Positions 8,362 to 18,270 of a stretch of 64,000 bases of DNA are shown here, piece by piece. The translations under genes and the position numbers were made by a program. The stretch's first letter is position 1; the number at the start of each line of letters is the position of its first letter. The notes under the pieces are model-generated. The model worked only from the letters and a program-made list of their open reading frames with translations. It made no database searches and was not told where the DNA came from. The DNA lies in the NCBI GenBank assembly GCA_963831325.1, contig CAWHQA010000038.1, positions 290,907 to 354,906 on the forward strand, given 5' to 3'. The DNA comes from an uncultured Actinomycetes bacterium (lineage in GTDB: Bacteria > Actinomycetota > UBA4738 > HRBIN12).

Positions 8362-9747
8362 TCAGACCGGGATCGGGATCTCGGGAAGGTTCGCGAGCGC
8401 GGCTTCCTCATCGGCGGCGTCGAACTCGAAGTCGGGAAGCCTGCCCGCCAGGTAGTCGTCGTAGGCCTGCATATCGAAGTGTCCGTGCCCGCAGAGGTTG
8501 AACAGGATCACCCGTTGCTCGCCGGCCTCGCGCGCCGCTATCGCCTCGTCGATCGCTCCCTTCACGGCATGGTTCGCCTCCGGCGCCGGCAGGATGCCCT
8601 GCGTCTTGGCGAACAGCAGCCCGGCCTCGAAGATCTCGTTCTGCGTGTAGGCGGCGGCGCTCATATGGCCGTGCTTCACGAGCAGTGAGAGCGATGCCGC
8701 ATCTCCGTGATAGCGAAGACCGCCGGCGTGCACGGGCGCGGGCACGAAGTCGTGGCCGAGCGTGTACATCGCCACGATCGGCGCGATCTGCGCTGTGTCG
8801 CCGAAGTCGTAGGCGAAGGTTCCCCTCGTGAGCGTCGGGCACGCCGCAGGCTCGGTCGCGAGGAAGCGCATGTCCGGCGTCTCGCCGCGGAGCGTGCCTG
8901 CCATGAACGGATAGGAGATGCCGGCGTAGTTCGAGCCGCCTCCGACACATCCGACGACGACGTCTGGCCGTTCGCCCGTCATCTCCATCTGCTGCTGGGC
9001 CTCGAGCCCGATCACCGTCTGGTGCAAGAGCACGTGGCCGAGCACGCTGCCGAGCGCGTAGTTCGTGTCGTCGTGAGTAGCGGCATCCTCCACGGCTTCG
9101 CTGATCGCGATGCCGAGCGAGCCGGTCGAGTCCGGGTGCGCCTCGCGGATCGCGCGACCACTGTTGGTCTTGTCGCTCGGCGACGCCACCACGCTCGCGC
9201 CGAACGTCTCCATGAAGATGCGGCGGTAGGGCTTCTGCTCGTAGGACGCCTTGACCATGTAGACGTCGCACTCCAGTCCGAACATCTGACAGGCAAGCGC
9301 CATCGCCGAACCCCACTGCCCCGCCCCGGTCTCCGTCGCGATGCGGCGGATGCCGGCTTCCTTGTTGAAGTACGCCTGCGCGACCGCGGTATTGGGCTTG
9401 TGACTGCCGGCCGGCGAGCCACCCTCGTACTTGTAGTAGATGTGCGCGGGCGTCTGCAGTGCCTGCTCGAGGCGGGTCGCCCGGAACAGCGGCGAGGGTC
9501 TCCAGGTCTTGTAGACGTCGATCACCGCGCCGGGGATGTCGATCCACTCGTCGGTCGAGACCTCTTGGCCGATCAGCGCCATCGGGAACAGCGGCGCGAG
9601 GTCGTCGGGTCCGATCGGCTGCTTCGTCTGAGGACTCAGCGGCGGCAGCGGCTCGATGCCCGATCTCATCATGTCGGGCATCAGGTTGAACCACGCGGTC
9701 GGGATCTGGTCGGGCTGCAGGTCGAACCGTGTCCGCACGTCGGTCAT
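8362..9747 (-). CDS. TrpB2-type tryptophan synthase beta-like PLP enzyme
   Basis: Start set at ATG 9747 ([25 protein letters not shown]), preceded by SD GAGGAGGGG. Motifs: [34 protein letters not shown]. No other trp genes lie nearby. Confidence 0.9.
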   Translation of the reverse strand: MTDVRTRFDLQPDQIPTAWFNLMPDMMRSGIEPLPPLSPQTKQPIGPDDLAPLFPMALIGQEVSTDEWIDIPGAVIDVYKTWRPSPLFRATRLEQALQTPAHIYYKYEGGSPAGSHKPNTAVAQAYFNKEAGIRRIATETGAGQWGSAMALACQMFGLECDVYMVKASYEQKPYRRIFMETFGASVVASPSDKTNSGRAIREAHPDSTGSLGIAISEAVEDAATHDDTNYALGSVLGHVLLHQTVIGLEAQQQMEMTGERPDVVVGCVGGGSNYAGISYPFMAGTLRGETPDMRFLATEPAACPTLTRGTFAYDFGDTAQIAPIVAMYTLGHDFVPAPVHAGGLRYHGDAASLSLLVKHGHMSAAAYTQNEIFEAGLLFAKTQGILPAPEANHAVKGAIDEAIAAREAGEQRVILFNLCGHGHFDMQAYDDYLAGRLPDFEFDAADEEAALANLPEIPIPV

Positions 9748-9785
9748 CGCGGGAACCCCTCCTCGCGGATATGAGAGCCGCGAGC

Positions 9786-10127
9786 CTACCCTTCCCCCGC
9801 GCGGGTGGCGACCTCGACCCACCCGTCGATCTCGCGAGCCTGGAACACCGGAAGGGCGTCGGCCGCCGGTCCTTCGATCGGTTCACCGTTCTCGACGTCG
9901 AAGACGCTGCCGTGGCACGGACACTCGACGGTCGCTGCCCGGTCGTCGAACTCCCCTTCGGCGAGGGAGCAGCCCTGGTGCGTGCACTCATCGGCGAACG
10001 CGTACAGGTGCGCCTCGATGTGGGCCACGGTCACGCGCCCGCCGGGCGTGTCGTAGGCCCGCATCTCCCCCTCGGGGATCTCGCCGAGGGCGCCGACCCG
10101 CACGAAATCCATCGGCGTCCCCTCCAC
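9786..10127 (-). CDS. Rieske [2Fe-2S] ferredoxin-like protein
   Basis: 113 aa with CTHQGC...CPCHGS Rieske ligand motifs. Confidence 0.85.
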   Translation of the reverse strand: MEGTPMDFVRVGALGEIPEGEMRAYDTPGGRVTVAHIEAHLYAFADECTHQGCSLAEGEFDDRAATVECPCHGSVFDVENGEPIEGPAADALPVFQAREIDGWVEVATRAGEG

Positions 10128-10139
10128 CTCATGCTCGGC

Positions 10140-10740
10140 TCAGCGCGGTGAACCCGCGCTGGACACGGTGAACACGCCGAGGACCGCCAGCAGCACCAGG
10201 GCCGGGAACATCATGCCGGGGATCAGGAGCCCGACCAGCAGCGCGAGCACCCGCTCCAGCCGCTGGAACAGGCCTTCGGTGAGCTCACGCCGACGGCCTC
10301 GGCCTCGGCGCGGATCTGGCTGACCCCGAGGCTGACGATCAGCGTCAACAGGGCGAGCGCGGCCTGGAGCGTCTCGCCCTGCGAGGCGAGGTTCCAGAAC
10401 AGGCAGGAGAACAGGATCATGTCGGAGACGCGGTCGAGCACCGAGTCCATGAACGCGCCGGAGCGACCTCGCTTCGCCTCGATGTCGCGCGACGGAGCCG
10501 TCGAACACGTCGAGCACGCCGCCGACGATCAGCAGCAGCCCGCCAGCGAGCCAGTTGCCCGGCCACGATCTGCCAGCCGGTCAGCACGATGAGGACCGGT
10601 GAGAGCAGCGTGAGCTGCCAGGGGCGCACACCGGTCCAGATCAGGAACGCGAGGATCGCCCGGTAGGGCCACGCGAGGAGCCGCTGCATGGCGCCGCCCG
10701 CAGCGCTCTCGTTCTTGCGCGGGGCGGGCATGTCCCGCAC
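10140..10740 (-). pseudogene. CDP-alcohol phosphatidyltransferase, split over three frames
   Basis: The signature DG-x2-AR-x8-G-x3-D-x3-D is split: DGSVARHRGEA lies in ORF 10140..10517 and MDSVLDRVSD in ORF 10223..10450. The N-terminal TM part is in ORF 10417..10740. Confidence 0.7.
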
Positions 10741-10807
10741 GCGCGGCGCCTCGCGTCCGGCCGTCGGCGTGGTCGCTGGTCACTAGTCCATACCAGACTA
10801 GTCGCGG

Positions 10808-11349
10808 TCAGCCCGCGAAGGGCTCGAACGCCCACGACGACGTATCGGATGGTGCCGCCGGGAGCCTCGTAGGCGACCTCCTGATCTCGCGGCGGCGCCG
10901 ATCAGCGCCGTGCCGAGCGGCGACGAGGTCGTCACCGTGCGAGCGCCGGGCGCCTTCTCCTCCGCGTGCTCCGCGAGCAGGTAGGTCTCGTCGTCGGGGT
11001 CGGCCTCGTCGAGCGGGCGGATGGTCACGAGCATGCCGGGCCCGACCGTCGTCGGCTCGCTCGGCGCCTCGACGATCTCCGGGTCGCGCGAGCATGTGCT
11101 GGAGCTTGCGGATCTTGGACTCCATGAGCCCCTGCTCTTCCTTGGCGGCGTGGTACTCGGCGTTCTCCTTGAGGTCGCCGTGCTCGCGCGCCACCTTGAT
11201 CTTCTCGGTGATGCGCTCGCGTCCCGTCGTGGTGAGCTCCTCGAGCTCGGCCTTGATGCGCCGGTAGGCATCGAGCGTGAGTGTCGCGGTGGGCTCCTGC
11301 CCGGCGGCACGGGCGGGCCGGTTCCGCAGCTCTTCGGGGAGTTCGGGCA
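10808..11349 (-). pseudogene. greA: Transcription elongation factor GreA, frame-disrupted
   Basis: N-terminal coiled coil LTLDAYRRIKAELEELTTTGRERITEKIKVAREHGDLKENAEYHAAKEEQGLMESKIRKLQHML is in frame 1 (start ATG 11349). The C-terminal domain VTIRPLDEADPDDETYLLAEHAEEKAPGARTVTTSSPLGTALIG is in ORF 10798..11310. A further shift occurs near the end. Confidence 0.8.
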
Positions 11350-11406
11350 TGCGTGCGAGTGTAACGGCGACGGCGCCCGCCCTCACCGCGCCCGGATCAC
11401 TCCTGG

Positions 11407-12836
11407 CTAGAAGAAGACGTTCTTGACCTCGGTGTAGAGCTGCACCGCCGCCATGCCCATCTCGCGCCCGATGCCGCTGTGCTTGAAGCCGCCGAAGGGC
11501 GCCTCCGTGTGCACGCTCGATGCCGAGTTCACGCTGAGGTTCCCGGTGCGGATGCCCTTCGCGACCCGGATCGCCCGGCCGAGGTCGCGCGTCCAGATCG
11601 TGCCCGACAGGCCGAACGGGGACTCGTTGGCCAGACGCACGGCCTCGCTCTTCGGTGTCGAACGGGATCAGGCAGACGACCGGCCCGAAGATCTCCTCCT
11701 GCGCCACCCGCCAGGCGTTGTCTACGTCGGCGAGGACCGCCGGCCGCATGAAGTATCCGTCGCCGTCCAGTCTCCTCGCCGCCGGTCACGCGACGAGCGC
11801 CCTCGTCGATGCCGATCGACGAGGTAGTCGAGCGACGTCTGCCGCTGGCCCGATGAGATCAGCGGGCCCATCTCGGTGGCCTCGTCGAGCGGCTGGCCGA
11901 CCGCGATCGGCGTCGGTGCGCTCGGCGAACCGCTCGACGTACTCGTCGTAGATGCCCCGCTGCACGAGTTGACGCGATCGCGCGCAGCAGTCCTGGCCCG
12001 CGTTGTCGAACACCGACCAGAGGGACTTCTCGATGCAGACGTCGAGGTCGGCGTCGTCGAAGACGACGTTCGCCGACTTGCCGCCGAGCTCGAGCGAGAC
12101 GCGCGTGATGTTCGTCGCGGCCGCCTGCATCACGCTCGCGCCGACCTCGGTCGAACCCGTGAACGAGATCTTCGCCACGCGAGGGTCGGCGATCAGCGCC
12201 GCCGCCGTGGTCGACCCCGGCCCGGGAAGGACGCTCAAGTGTGCCCTCGGGTAGCCCGCACTCGTACAGGATCTCGGCGATCGCGAGCGCGGTCAGCGGC
12301 GTCTGCGACGCCGGCTTCACGACCGCCGTGTTGCCGCAGGCGAGCGCCGGGGCGATCTTCCAGCTCGCGATGACCGCCGGGAAATTCCAGGGAGTGATGA
12401 GCGCGCAGACCCCGACGGGCTCGCGGAGCGTGACGTCGAGGCCCGGCGGCACGACCGGGATCGTCTCGCCCGCGATCTTGTTCGCGGCGCCGCCCCAGTA
12501 CTCGAAGACGTTGGCGACGATGTCGATCTCGGCGCGGGCCGAGCCGATCGGCTTGCCGCCGTTGCGGGCCTCGAGCGTGGCGAGCTCCTCCTGCCGCTCA
12601 CGGATCAGCGAACGACGCCTTCGGTGAGCAGCCGACCGCGCTCGCGCGCGCACATGCGCGGCCAGGCACCTTCCTCGAACGCGCGCGCAGCGATGTCGAC
12701 CGCGCGCCGGGCGTCGTCGGCGCCGCGCCTTGGCCACCTCGGCCATCGGCGCGGCGGTCGCCGGCTCGATCACCTGGTCGGTCGCGCCGTCGGCGGCCTC
12801 GACGCGCTCGCCTCCCAGCACCAGCAGCTCGGTCAT
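11407..12836 (-). pseudogene. NAD(P)-dependent aldehyde dehydrogenase, split over at least four frame segments
   Basis: Fragments: N-terminus MTELLVLGGERV...ITPWNFPAVIASWKIAPALACGNTAVVKPAS; middle FTGSTEVG...LELGGKSANVVF...NAGQDCCA; EEIFGPVV; and C-terminus ESPFGLSGTIWTRD...PFGGFKHSGIGRE. Confidence 0.85.
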
Positions 12837-12925
12837 GGCGTCCCCGCTCCCTCGCCCGTGACGATGCGCATCGCTAGCACGACGGCGTACCCTTCGGCCG
12901 TTCCGACAGCGACGGAGGGGACCGC

Positions 12926-13697
12926 ATGCGACTCGAGGGCAAGGTGGCGTTGATCACGGGCGGCGGCAGCGGCATGGGCAAGGTGGCATCGGAGCTGTTC
13001 GCCGCCGAGGGCGCGAACGTCGTGCTCACCGACGTGAACGACGAGGCGGGCGAGGCGACCGCATCGGCGATCGGCGACCGGCGCGTCCTACGTCCACGCC
13101 GACGTCTCGAAGGAAGCCGACGCCGAGGCGATGGTGGCGGCTGCGGTCGAGCGGTTCGGCCGGCTCGACGTCCTCTACAACAACGCCGGCGTGATGCTGC
13201 CCGACGACGGATCGGTGCACCGACGCGGACGGATCGCATCTGGGATACGGTGCTCGCCGTCAACGTGAAGGGTGTGGTGTTCGGCTGCAAGTTCGGCATC
13301 CCCGCGATGCTCGAGACACGGCGGCGGCTCGATCATCAACGTCGCGTCGTTCGTCGCGTGGATGGGCGCGGCGACGTCACAGACCGCATACACCGCCTCG
13401 AAGGGGGCCGTGCTCGCGATGACCCGGGAGATCGCCGTCGAATACGCCCGCAAGGGCATCCGGTGCAACGCGCTTTGCCCGGGACCGATCGAGACGCCCC
13501 TGCTGCTCGCGCTGCTCTCCGACGAGGCCAAGAAGCAGCGCCGGTTCGTGCACATCCCGATGGGGCGGCTCGGCCACGCCGAGGAGCTCGCGAAGGCGGC
13601 GCTGTTCCTCGCGAGCGACGACTCGAGCTACATGACCGGCTCGAGCCTGATCGTCGACGGGGGCATCACCGCCGCCTACGTGACGCCCGAGGACTGA
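12926..13697 (+). pseudogene. Short-chain dehydrogenase/reductase, frame-disrupted
   Basis: N-terminus KVALITGGGSGMGK is in ORF 12926. The catalytic part YTASKGAVLAMTREIAVEYARKGIRCNALCPGPIETPL...SYMTGSSLIVDGG is in ORF 13272..13697. Confidence 0.8.
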
Positions 13698-13709
13698 CCG
13701 CCGGAGGGT

Positions 13710-15227
13710 TCACGTGCCGAAGACCGGTCGCAGCGCGTCGTAGACCGCGCGATACCGTCCGTACGCTTCCTCGTACGCCTCGCGATTCGCCTCGTCGGGC
13801 TCGTGCACATCAGGCCGGAACCGCACGAATGATCCGACCGCATCCGACACGGTCGGGCGCACGCCGGCGCCCACCGCTGCGAGGATGGCCGCGCCCGTGG
13901 CAGTCGTCTCCACCGACTCCGGCACCCGCACCGGCAGTCCCGTCACGTCGGCCTTGATCTGACGCCACAGCGGACCCTTCGCGCCGCCCCCCACGATCGT
14001 GAGGCGCCGCACGCCCAGCCCGGCGTTGCGCATCGCATCGAGGATGTCGCGCAGCGCGAACGCGCTGCCCTCGAGGATCGCCCGCGTCATGTTGTCGCGC
14101 GTGTGCGCGAGCGTGAGCCCGTAGAACACGCCACGGGCGGCGCCGTTCCACTCGGGCGCCATCGCTCCCTGCATGCACGGCAGGAAGACCAGCCCCTCGG
14201 CGCCGGGGTCCACATGGCCCGCCTCCGTCGAGAGGAAGTCATACGCGTCGCCGAGGCCCACCGCTTCCGCGTCGCGCTCGATCGGCGCGAACTGGTCGCG
14301 CCACCAGCGCAGGTTGCCGCCCGAGACGAACCCAGGGTTCTCGAGCAACCACGCATCGGGGTCGGCGTGGGGGTGGCATTCCACCAGCATCGTCGGGTCC
14401 TCGCGAGGCTCGTCGCTCGCCGCGCACACCGGCTCGGCGGTGCCGACGACGTCGCAGACCTCGCCGGGCTCGAAGACGCCGGCGCCGAGCGTCGCCGCCA
14501 TCTCATCGCCGCACCCGATCGCGACGACGGTCGTGGGATCCAGTCCGCTGGCCTCGGCGAACGCGGCGGTCACGGCGCCGACGGGGTCGGTGCCTGCCGC
14601 CAGTCGTGGCAGCATCGACTCGTCGATGCCGGTCGCCGCAAGGGCCTCTGCCGACCACGCCCGCGTGCGCGGATCGAGCAGCGCGAGCGAGCTCGCGTTG
14701 GAGTAGTCGACGGCGAGCTCACCGGTCGCGTGGCGCAGCACGTAGGAACCCGGGGGCATGATGTGCACGGCGCGCTTCCAGGCGTCGGGCTCTTCGTCGC
14801 GCACCCACAGCGCCTTGAACACCGCGTGCGACGAGTCGAGGTTGGCACCCACCGCCCGGTAGAAATCCTCGGGGGAGAGGCGCTCGGCGAGCTCGGCAGC
14901 CTGGGCTTCGGCGCGTCGGTCCATCCAGATCATCGCGGGATGCACCGGACGCGCGTCGGCGTCGCACACGACCATGCCGTCGAGTTGTGACCCGAACGAC
15001 AGGCCCCGGATCGATGCGGCGCCGCCGGGGGTCGCGGCCACGAGGCGCGCACACGCACGCTCGACCGCGCCGGTCCAGAGGTCGGGGTCCTGTTCGGCCC
15101 ATCCGGGACGCGGGAAGGCGACGTCGTAGGCCTCGTACGCCGAGTCGATCAGCTCGCCGTCGTCGCGGTACAGCGCGGCGTTCGTGCCCTGGCTGCCGAC
15201 GTCGCACCCGATCACGTACGAGCTCAC
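13710..15227 (-). CDS. FGGY-family carbohydrate kinase (xylulokinase-like)
   Basis: C-terminal 505 aa of the 856-aa ORF. Start set at GTG 15227 (MSSYVIGCDVGSQGTNAAL). Motifs: GWAEQDPDLW, GCGDEMAATLGAG, TIVGGGAKGPLWRQIKADV. Confidence 0.85.
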   Translation of the reverse strand: MSSYVIGCDVGSQGTNAALYRDDGELIDSAYEAYDVAFPRPGWAEQDPDLWTGAVERACARLVAATPGGAASIRGLSFGSQLDGMVVCDADARPVHPAMIWMDRRAEAQAAELAERLSPEDFYRAVGANLDSSHAVFKALWVRDEEPDAWKRAVHIMPPGSYVLRHATGELAVDYSNASSLALLDPRTRAWSAEALAATGIDESMLPRLAAGTDPVGAVTAAFAEASGLDPTTVVAIGCGDEMAATLGAGVFEPGEVCDVVGTAEPVCAASDEPREDPTMLVECHPHADPDAWLLENPGFVSGGNLRWWRDQFAPIERDAEAVGLGDAYDFLSTEAGHVDPGAEGLVFLPCMQGAMAPEWNGAARGVFYGLTLAHTRDNMTRAILEGSAFALRDILDAMRNAGLGVRRLTIVGGGAKGPLWRQIKADVTGLPVRVPESVETTATGAAILAAVGAGVRPTVSDAVGSFVRFRPDVHEPDEANREAYEEAYGRYRAVYDALRPVFGT

Positions 15228-16280
15228 GGCACGATCACCATCTTCAAGCCGGTGCCGGACCGGATCGTCTCGAAGGCATCGCCGATCTGCTCGCAACGGC
15301 CACCGGTGCGTGACGACCGCGGCGAGCACGTCCTGCTTGCGGTCGAGGTAGTCCATCGTGATGCGGTACTGGCGATGCGTGGCGCCATATGCCCCCAGGA
15401 TGTCGAGCTCCTTGTAGTGGAGCTGGTTCATGTCGAGCGGGCTCACCGGGTCGTGCTTGGGCAGTCCCGCGAAGTACACGACCTTCGCGCGCTTGGCGGC
15501 CATCTCCAGGGCGGCCTGTTGCGCGGGCTTGGCGGGCGCCGCCACGCTCACGCGCTCGGCGCCGTGACCCCCCGTGCGGGAAAGCACCTCCTCGACCCCG
15601 TTGTCCTCGCCCGCGACCCACGAGTCGTCGACGACGTCGCCGACCGCATCGAGCGCGATCGCCAGTCGATCGGCGGAGACGTCGGTGAGGTACACCCTCG
15701 ATGCGCCGCGGTCGCGGGCCATGACCGCCTGCCAGCAGCCGATCGGGCCGGTGCCGAGGATCACGACGGTGTCGCCGAGCCGCACGTCGAGCTGCTCGAT
15801 GCCGTTGAGCGCGCACGCGAACGGGTCCGCGACGGTGGCGAGATCCGACGGCAGTTCCGGGGGCAACGGGATTAGGTTCTTCGTCGCGATGGGCGGCACG
15901 GCGGCCATTTCGGCATAGGCGCCGGGATAGGGGTCGTAGCCGTACAGCAGGTGGTGCTCGCACAGGTTCTGGAACCCCTCGGCGCACCATCGGCACTCGC
16001 CGCATGTGAGGATCGACCCGAGGAACACCCGATCGCCCGCCGCGACACCGGGGGGCAGGTTGGCCTGCGGACCCACCTGCTCCAGCACGCCGACGGGTTC
16101 GTGCCCGAGCTGCCACGGCGACGGGGCCTTCGGGTCGCCGTTGAAGAAGGTCCGCGCATCGGTGCCACAGATGCCGCAGGCCTCGACCCGCAGGAGGGCG
16201 CCGGCCGGATCGAGTTCGGGCTCCCGCGCATCGTCACGGACCTCGACCACGTTGACATCGGTCATGAACGCGGCGCGCAT
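15224..16280 (-). pseudogene. Zn-dependent polyol/alcohol dehydrogenase (MDR, sorbitol-DH-like) with one +1 insertion near the 3' end
   Basis: Motifs: EACGICGTDARTF, GHEPVGVLEQVG, structural-Zn CGECRWC, GTGPIGC. After about 15293 the ORF reads THRWPLRADRRCL.... Dropping one base restores the typical ending THRWPLEQIGDAFETIRSGTGLKMVIVP-stop (TGA 15224..15226). Length is 1057 nt, i.e. 3n+1. Confidence 0.75.
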
Positions 16281-17108
16281 CTACGCCGTCTCCTGGCGCA
16301 GCGCATCGAGCGCCTTCTCCGCGGTCCATCGCTCCCTGATCACGCGAGAGAGCGCGCGGGTGATCGCCTCGGGATTCGCGTGCATGAAGATATTGCGCCC
16401 GACCGAGCAACCGATCGCGCCGGCGGCCATCGCCTGTTCCATGCGCGTGAGGAGTTCCGCATCTTCGAGGCGGGAGCCCCCCGCGAGGACCACCGGGATT
16501 CCGTTCGCCGCTTCGACGCACTTGCCGAACGAGTCCTGATCGCCCGGCCAGTTCGTCTTCACGATGTCGGCGCCGAGCTCGGCGCACAGGCGAACGTTGC
16601 GGCGCAGGTACTCGAAGCCGTACTGCTGCTTCAGCTCCTCGACGGTCGCATACGTCGTGGGGAATTCTGCCTCCGCGATGAACGGCATGCCGAGCATCGA
16701 GCACTCGCGCCCGACCGCCGACAGGATGTCGATCATGCCCGCCTCGGTGTCGCCCCCGAGCGCGGTGAACAGCACCACGGCGTCGGCGCCGAGCGTGAGG
16801 GCTTCCTCGACGTCGGCGATCTGCACGATCTGGGGACGGTCGCCGTCGGGTGATGCGCTCGCGGAGAGCAGCAGCGCCAGTGAGGTCGTCGGCGAGAAGG
16901 CATCGACCGCGATGCGGATCATGCCCCTGCTCATCATGATCACGTTGGAACCGCCGGCGACCGCCTCCCTCGTGCGCTGCGTGATGTCGGCCAACGGCTC
17001 GAGGAACATTGGCGAGGTCATCCCGTGATCGAGCGCGCAGATCACGGAGACTCCCTCGGGATCGATCACTCGCTTGAGCCGCATCGCCTTGCCGACGCTG
17101 GTCGTCAC
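16281..17108 (-). CDS. Class I aldolase of the DhnA/FbaB/LsrF (DeoC-like) family
   Basis: 275 aa: VICALDHGMTS, GADAVVLF, GADIVKTNWPG (candidate Schiff-base Lys), PVVLAGG. Confidence 0.85.
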   Translation of the reverse strand: MTTSVGKAMRLKRVIDPEGVSVICALDHGMTSPMFLEPLADITQRTREAVAGGSNVIMMSRGMIRIAVDAFSPTTSLALLLSASASPDGDRPQIVQIADVEEALTLGADAVVLFTALGGDTEAGMIDILSAVGRECSMLGMPFIAEAEFPTTYATVEELKQQYGFEYLRRNVRLCAELGADIVKTNWPGDQDSFGKCVEAANGIPVVLAGGSRLEDAELLTRMEQAMAAGAIGCSVGRNIFMHANPEAITRALSRVIRERWTAEKALDALRQETA

Positions 17109-17839
17109 GGTCCGCTCCTTCCCGGTCCTCGCCGGACCACGGTGAACTCGAACGCCTCGCTGAGGTGATGCTCGTGCGACAGCAACAGAGGCTCGCCCTC
17201 GCGCCCGTAGTCAACCTGATGTAGGTACAAGAGGAGCGACCCGGTCTTCACCCCGAGTCGCTTCGCCAGCGCGCGATCGGCTCGGGCTGGCTCCACGCTC
17301 ACGACGCCGTGCTCCACCGAAGTGCCCTGACGATCGAACAGTTCGTAGACGGAACCGTCGAGGGGCATCGACGCCAGTTCGGCGGCACCCACGCGCGCGG
17401 CGGACACGACGTCGACGGAGAACACGACCGCACGCCCGTCCGCCGTGCGCACCCGCTCGAGCCGCACGACGGGATCCCCCGGCTGCAGCTCAAGGTCCGC
17501 GGCTTCGTCCTCGGTAGCCCCTTCGGCATGCACCGAGCTCTGGCTCGTGCCCGCCTGCATGCCGGCCGCACGGATCGCTTCGGTGACGCCGAAGTTGACG
17601 TCGAGGTTGTTGCGCAGTCGTGGCCGGTGGGTGGCGTACGTGCCTGCCCCGCGGGTCCGGGTCACGAAGCCGTCCTCCTCGAGCGACCGCAGCGCTTCTC
17701 GCAACGTCGGGCGGGAGACACCCATCTCCTCGGCGAGCGCCGGCTCGGGAGGCAGCTTCGAGCCCGGAGGGATCCGTCCCGTAGCGATGCGCGACAGCAG
17801 ATCGTCACGAACCCTGAACGCTAGCCGCTTCTCCGTCAC
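17105..17839 (-). CDS. GntR-family transcriptional regulator (HutC subfamily, UTRA effector domain)
   Basis: Start set at GTG 17839 (VTEKRLAFRVRDDLLSRIATGRIPPGSKLPPEPALAEEMGVSRPTLREALRSLEEDGFVTRTRGAGTYA). UTRA-like C-terminus. ATGA overlap with the aldolase gene. Confidence 0.85.
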   Translation of the reverse strand: MTEKRLAFRVRDDLLSRIATGRIPPGSKLPPEPALAEEMGVSRPTLREALRSLEEDGFVTRTRGAGTYATHRPRLRNNLDVNFGVTEAIRAAGMQAGTSQSSVHAEGATEDEAADLELQPGDPVVRLERVRTADGRAVVFSVDVVSAARVGAAELASMPLDGSVYELFDRQGTSVEHGVVSVEPARADRALAKRLGVKTGSLLLYLHQVDYGREGEPLLLSHEHHLSEAFEFTVVRRGPGRSGP

Positions 17840-17867
17840 GACCCCCCCTTGCGCCCACGGCAGGGTA

Positions 17868-17892
17868 GTTTGTCTGACAAACTCTGTCAAAC
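17868..17892. promoter_or_regulatory. Candidate GntR operator O1: perfect 7-1-7 palindrome GTTTGTC-T-GACAAAC followed by an extra half-site TGTCAAAC
   Basis: Read directly, 29 bp upstream of the gntR start and 24 bp upstream of the divergent ORF at 17916. It fits the GT-Nx-AC logic of GntR/HutC operators. Confidence 0.5.
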
Positions 17893-17915
17893 CGCAGCTC
17901 GCGTAGCATCCTTCC

Positions 17916-18200
17916 ATGGACCTCATGGCCGTCGGCGTCCCCGTCCTGACCGGACCGGCACAAGGATGGAACTTCTGGCCATTGATCGGCATCCCGGTCT
18001 CCTTCTTCGTTGCCTTCGGCTGGCTGCGGCTGCCCCGCAGGGCATGGGTCGCTGTCGCGGCGATCCTGGCCGGCCTGCTCATCGCCGACGCCGTCGCCGC
18101 GTGGGGTGTCGTGCCCGTCGCCGGGGGGATCACGTTGGTGGTGGCCGGATGGGCGGTGACCGTCGGCCGGTTGCGTCGAAGGCATCCCCCGACCGTTTGA
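17916..18200 (+). CDS. Small hypothetical membrane protein (94 aa, about 3 TM segments)
   Basis: MDLMAVGVPVLTGPAQGWNFWPLIGIPVSFFVAFGWL...AILAGLLIADAVAAWGVVPVAGGITLVVAGWAV. Hydrophobic segment pattern; bracketed by the two operator-like sites. Confidence 0.5.
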   Translation: MDLMAVGVPVLTGPAQGWNFWPLIGIPVSFFVAFGWLRLPRRAWVAVAAILAGLLIADAVAAWGVVPVAGGITLVVAGWAVTVGRLRRRHPPTV

Positions 18201-18209
18201 CAGACAAAC
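18195..18209. promoter_or_regulatory. Candidate GntR operator O2: GTTTGACAGACAAAC
   Basis: Matches the reverse complement of O1 (GTTTGTCAGACAAAC) at 14 of 15 positions. It lies 62 bp upstream of the permease start. Confidence 0.45.
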
Positions 18210-18270
18210 GAGATTGTGTCTCCATACCCGATGTCCGCTGACGGGGGGTCATCGGGAGGGAGGGTGACGC

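Noticed and set aside
13710-16280. A single 856-aa bifunctional alcohol dehydrogenase/FGGY kinase
   Set aside because: The junction region is nonsense in this frame. One base removed near 15293 restores a canonical ADH C-terminus, a TGA stop and an overlapping GTG kinase start. I treat it as two genes.
18230-18262. Regulatory RNA hairpin (CCCGATG-N16-CATCGGG) in the permease leader
   Set aside because: The 3' arm ends before the GGGAGGGAGGG SD and does not sequester it. I recognise no riboswitch-like conserved core, and it is too small to call.
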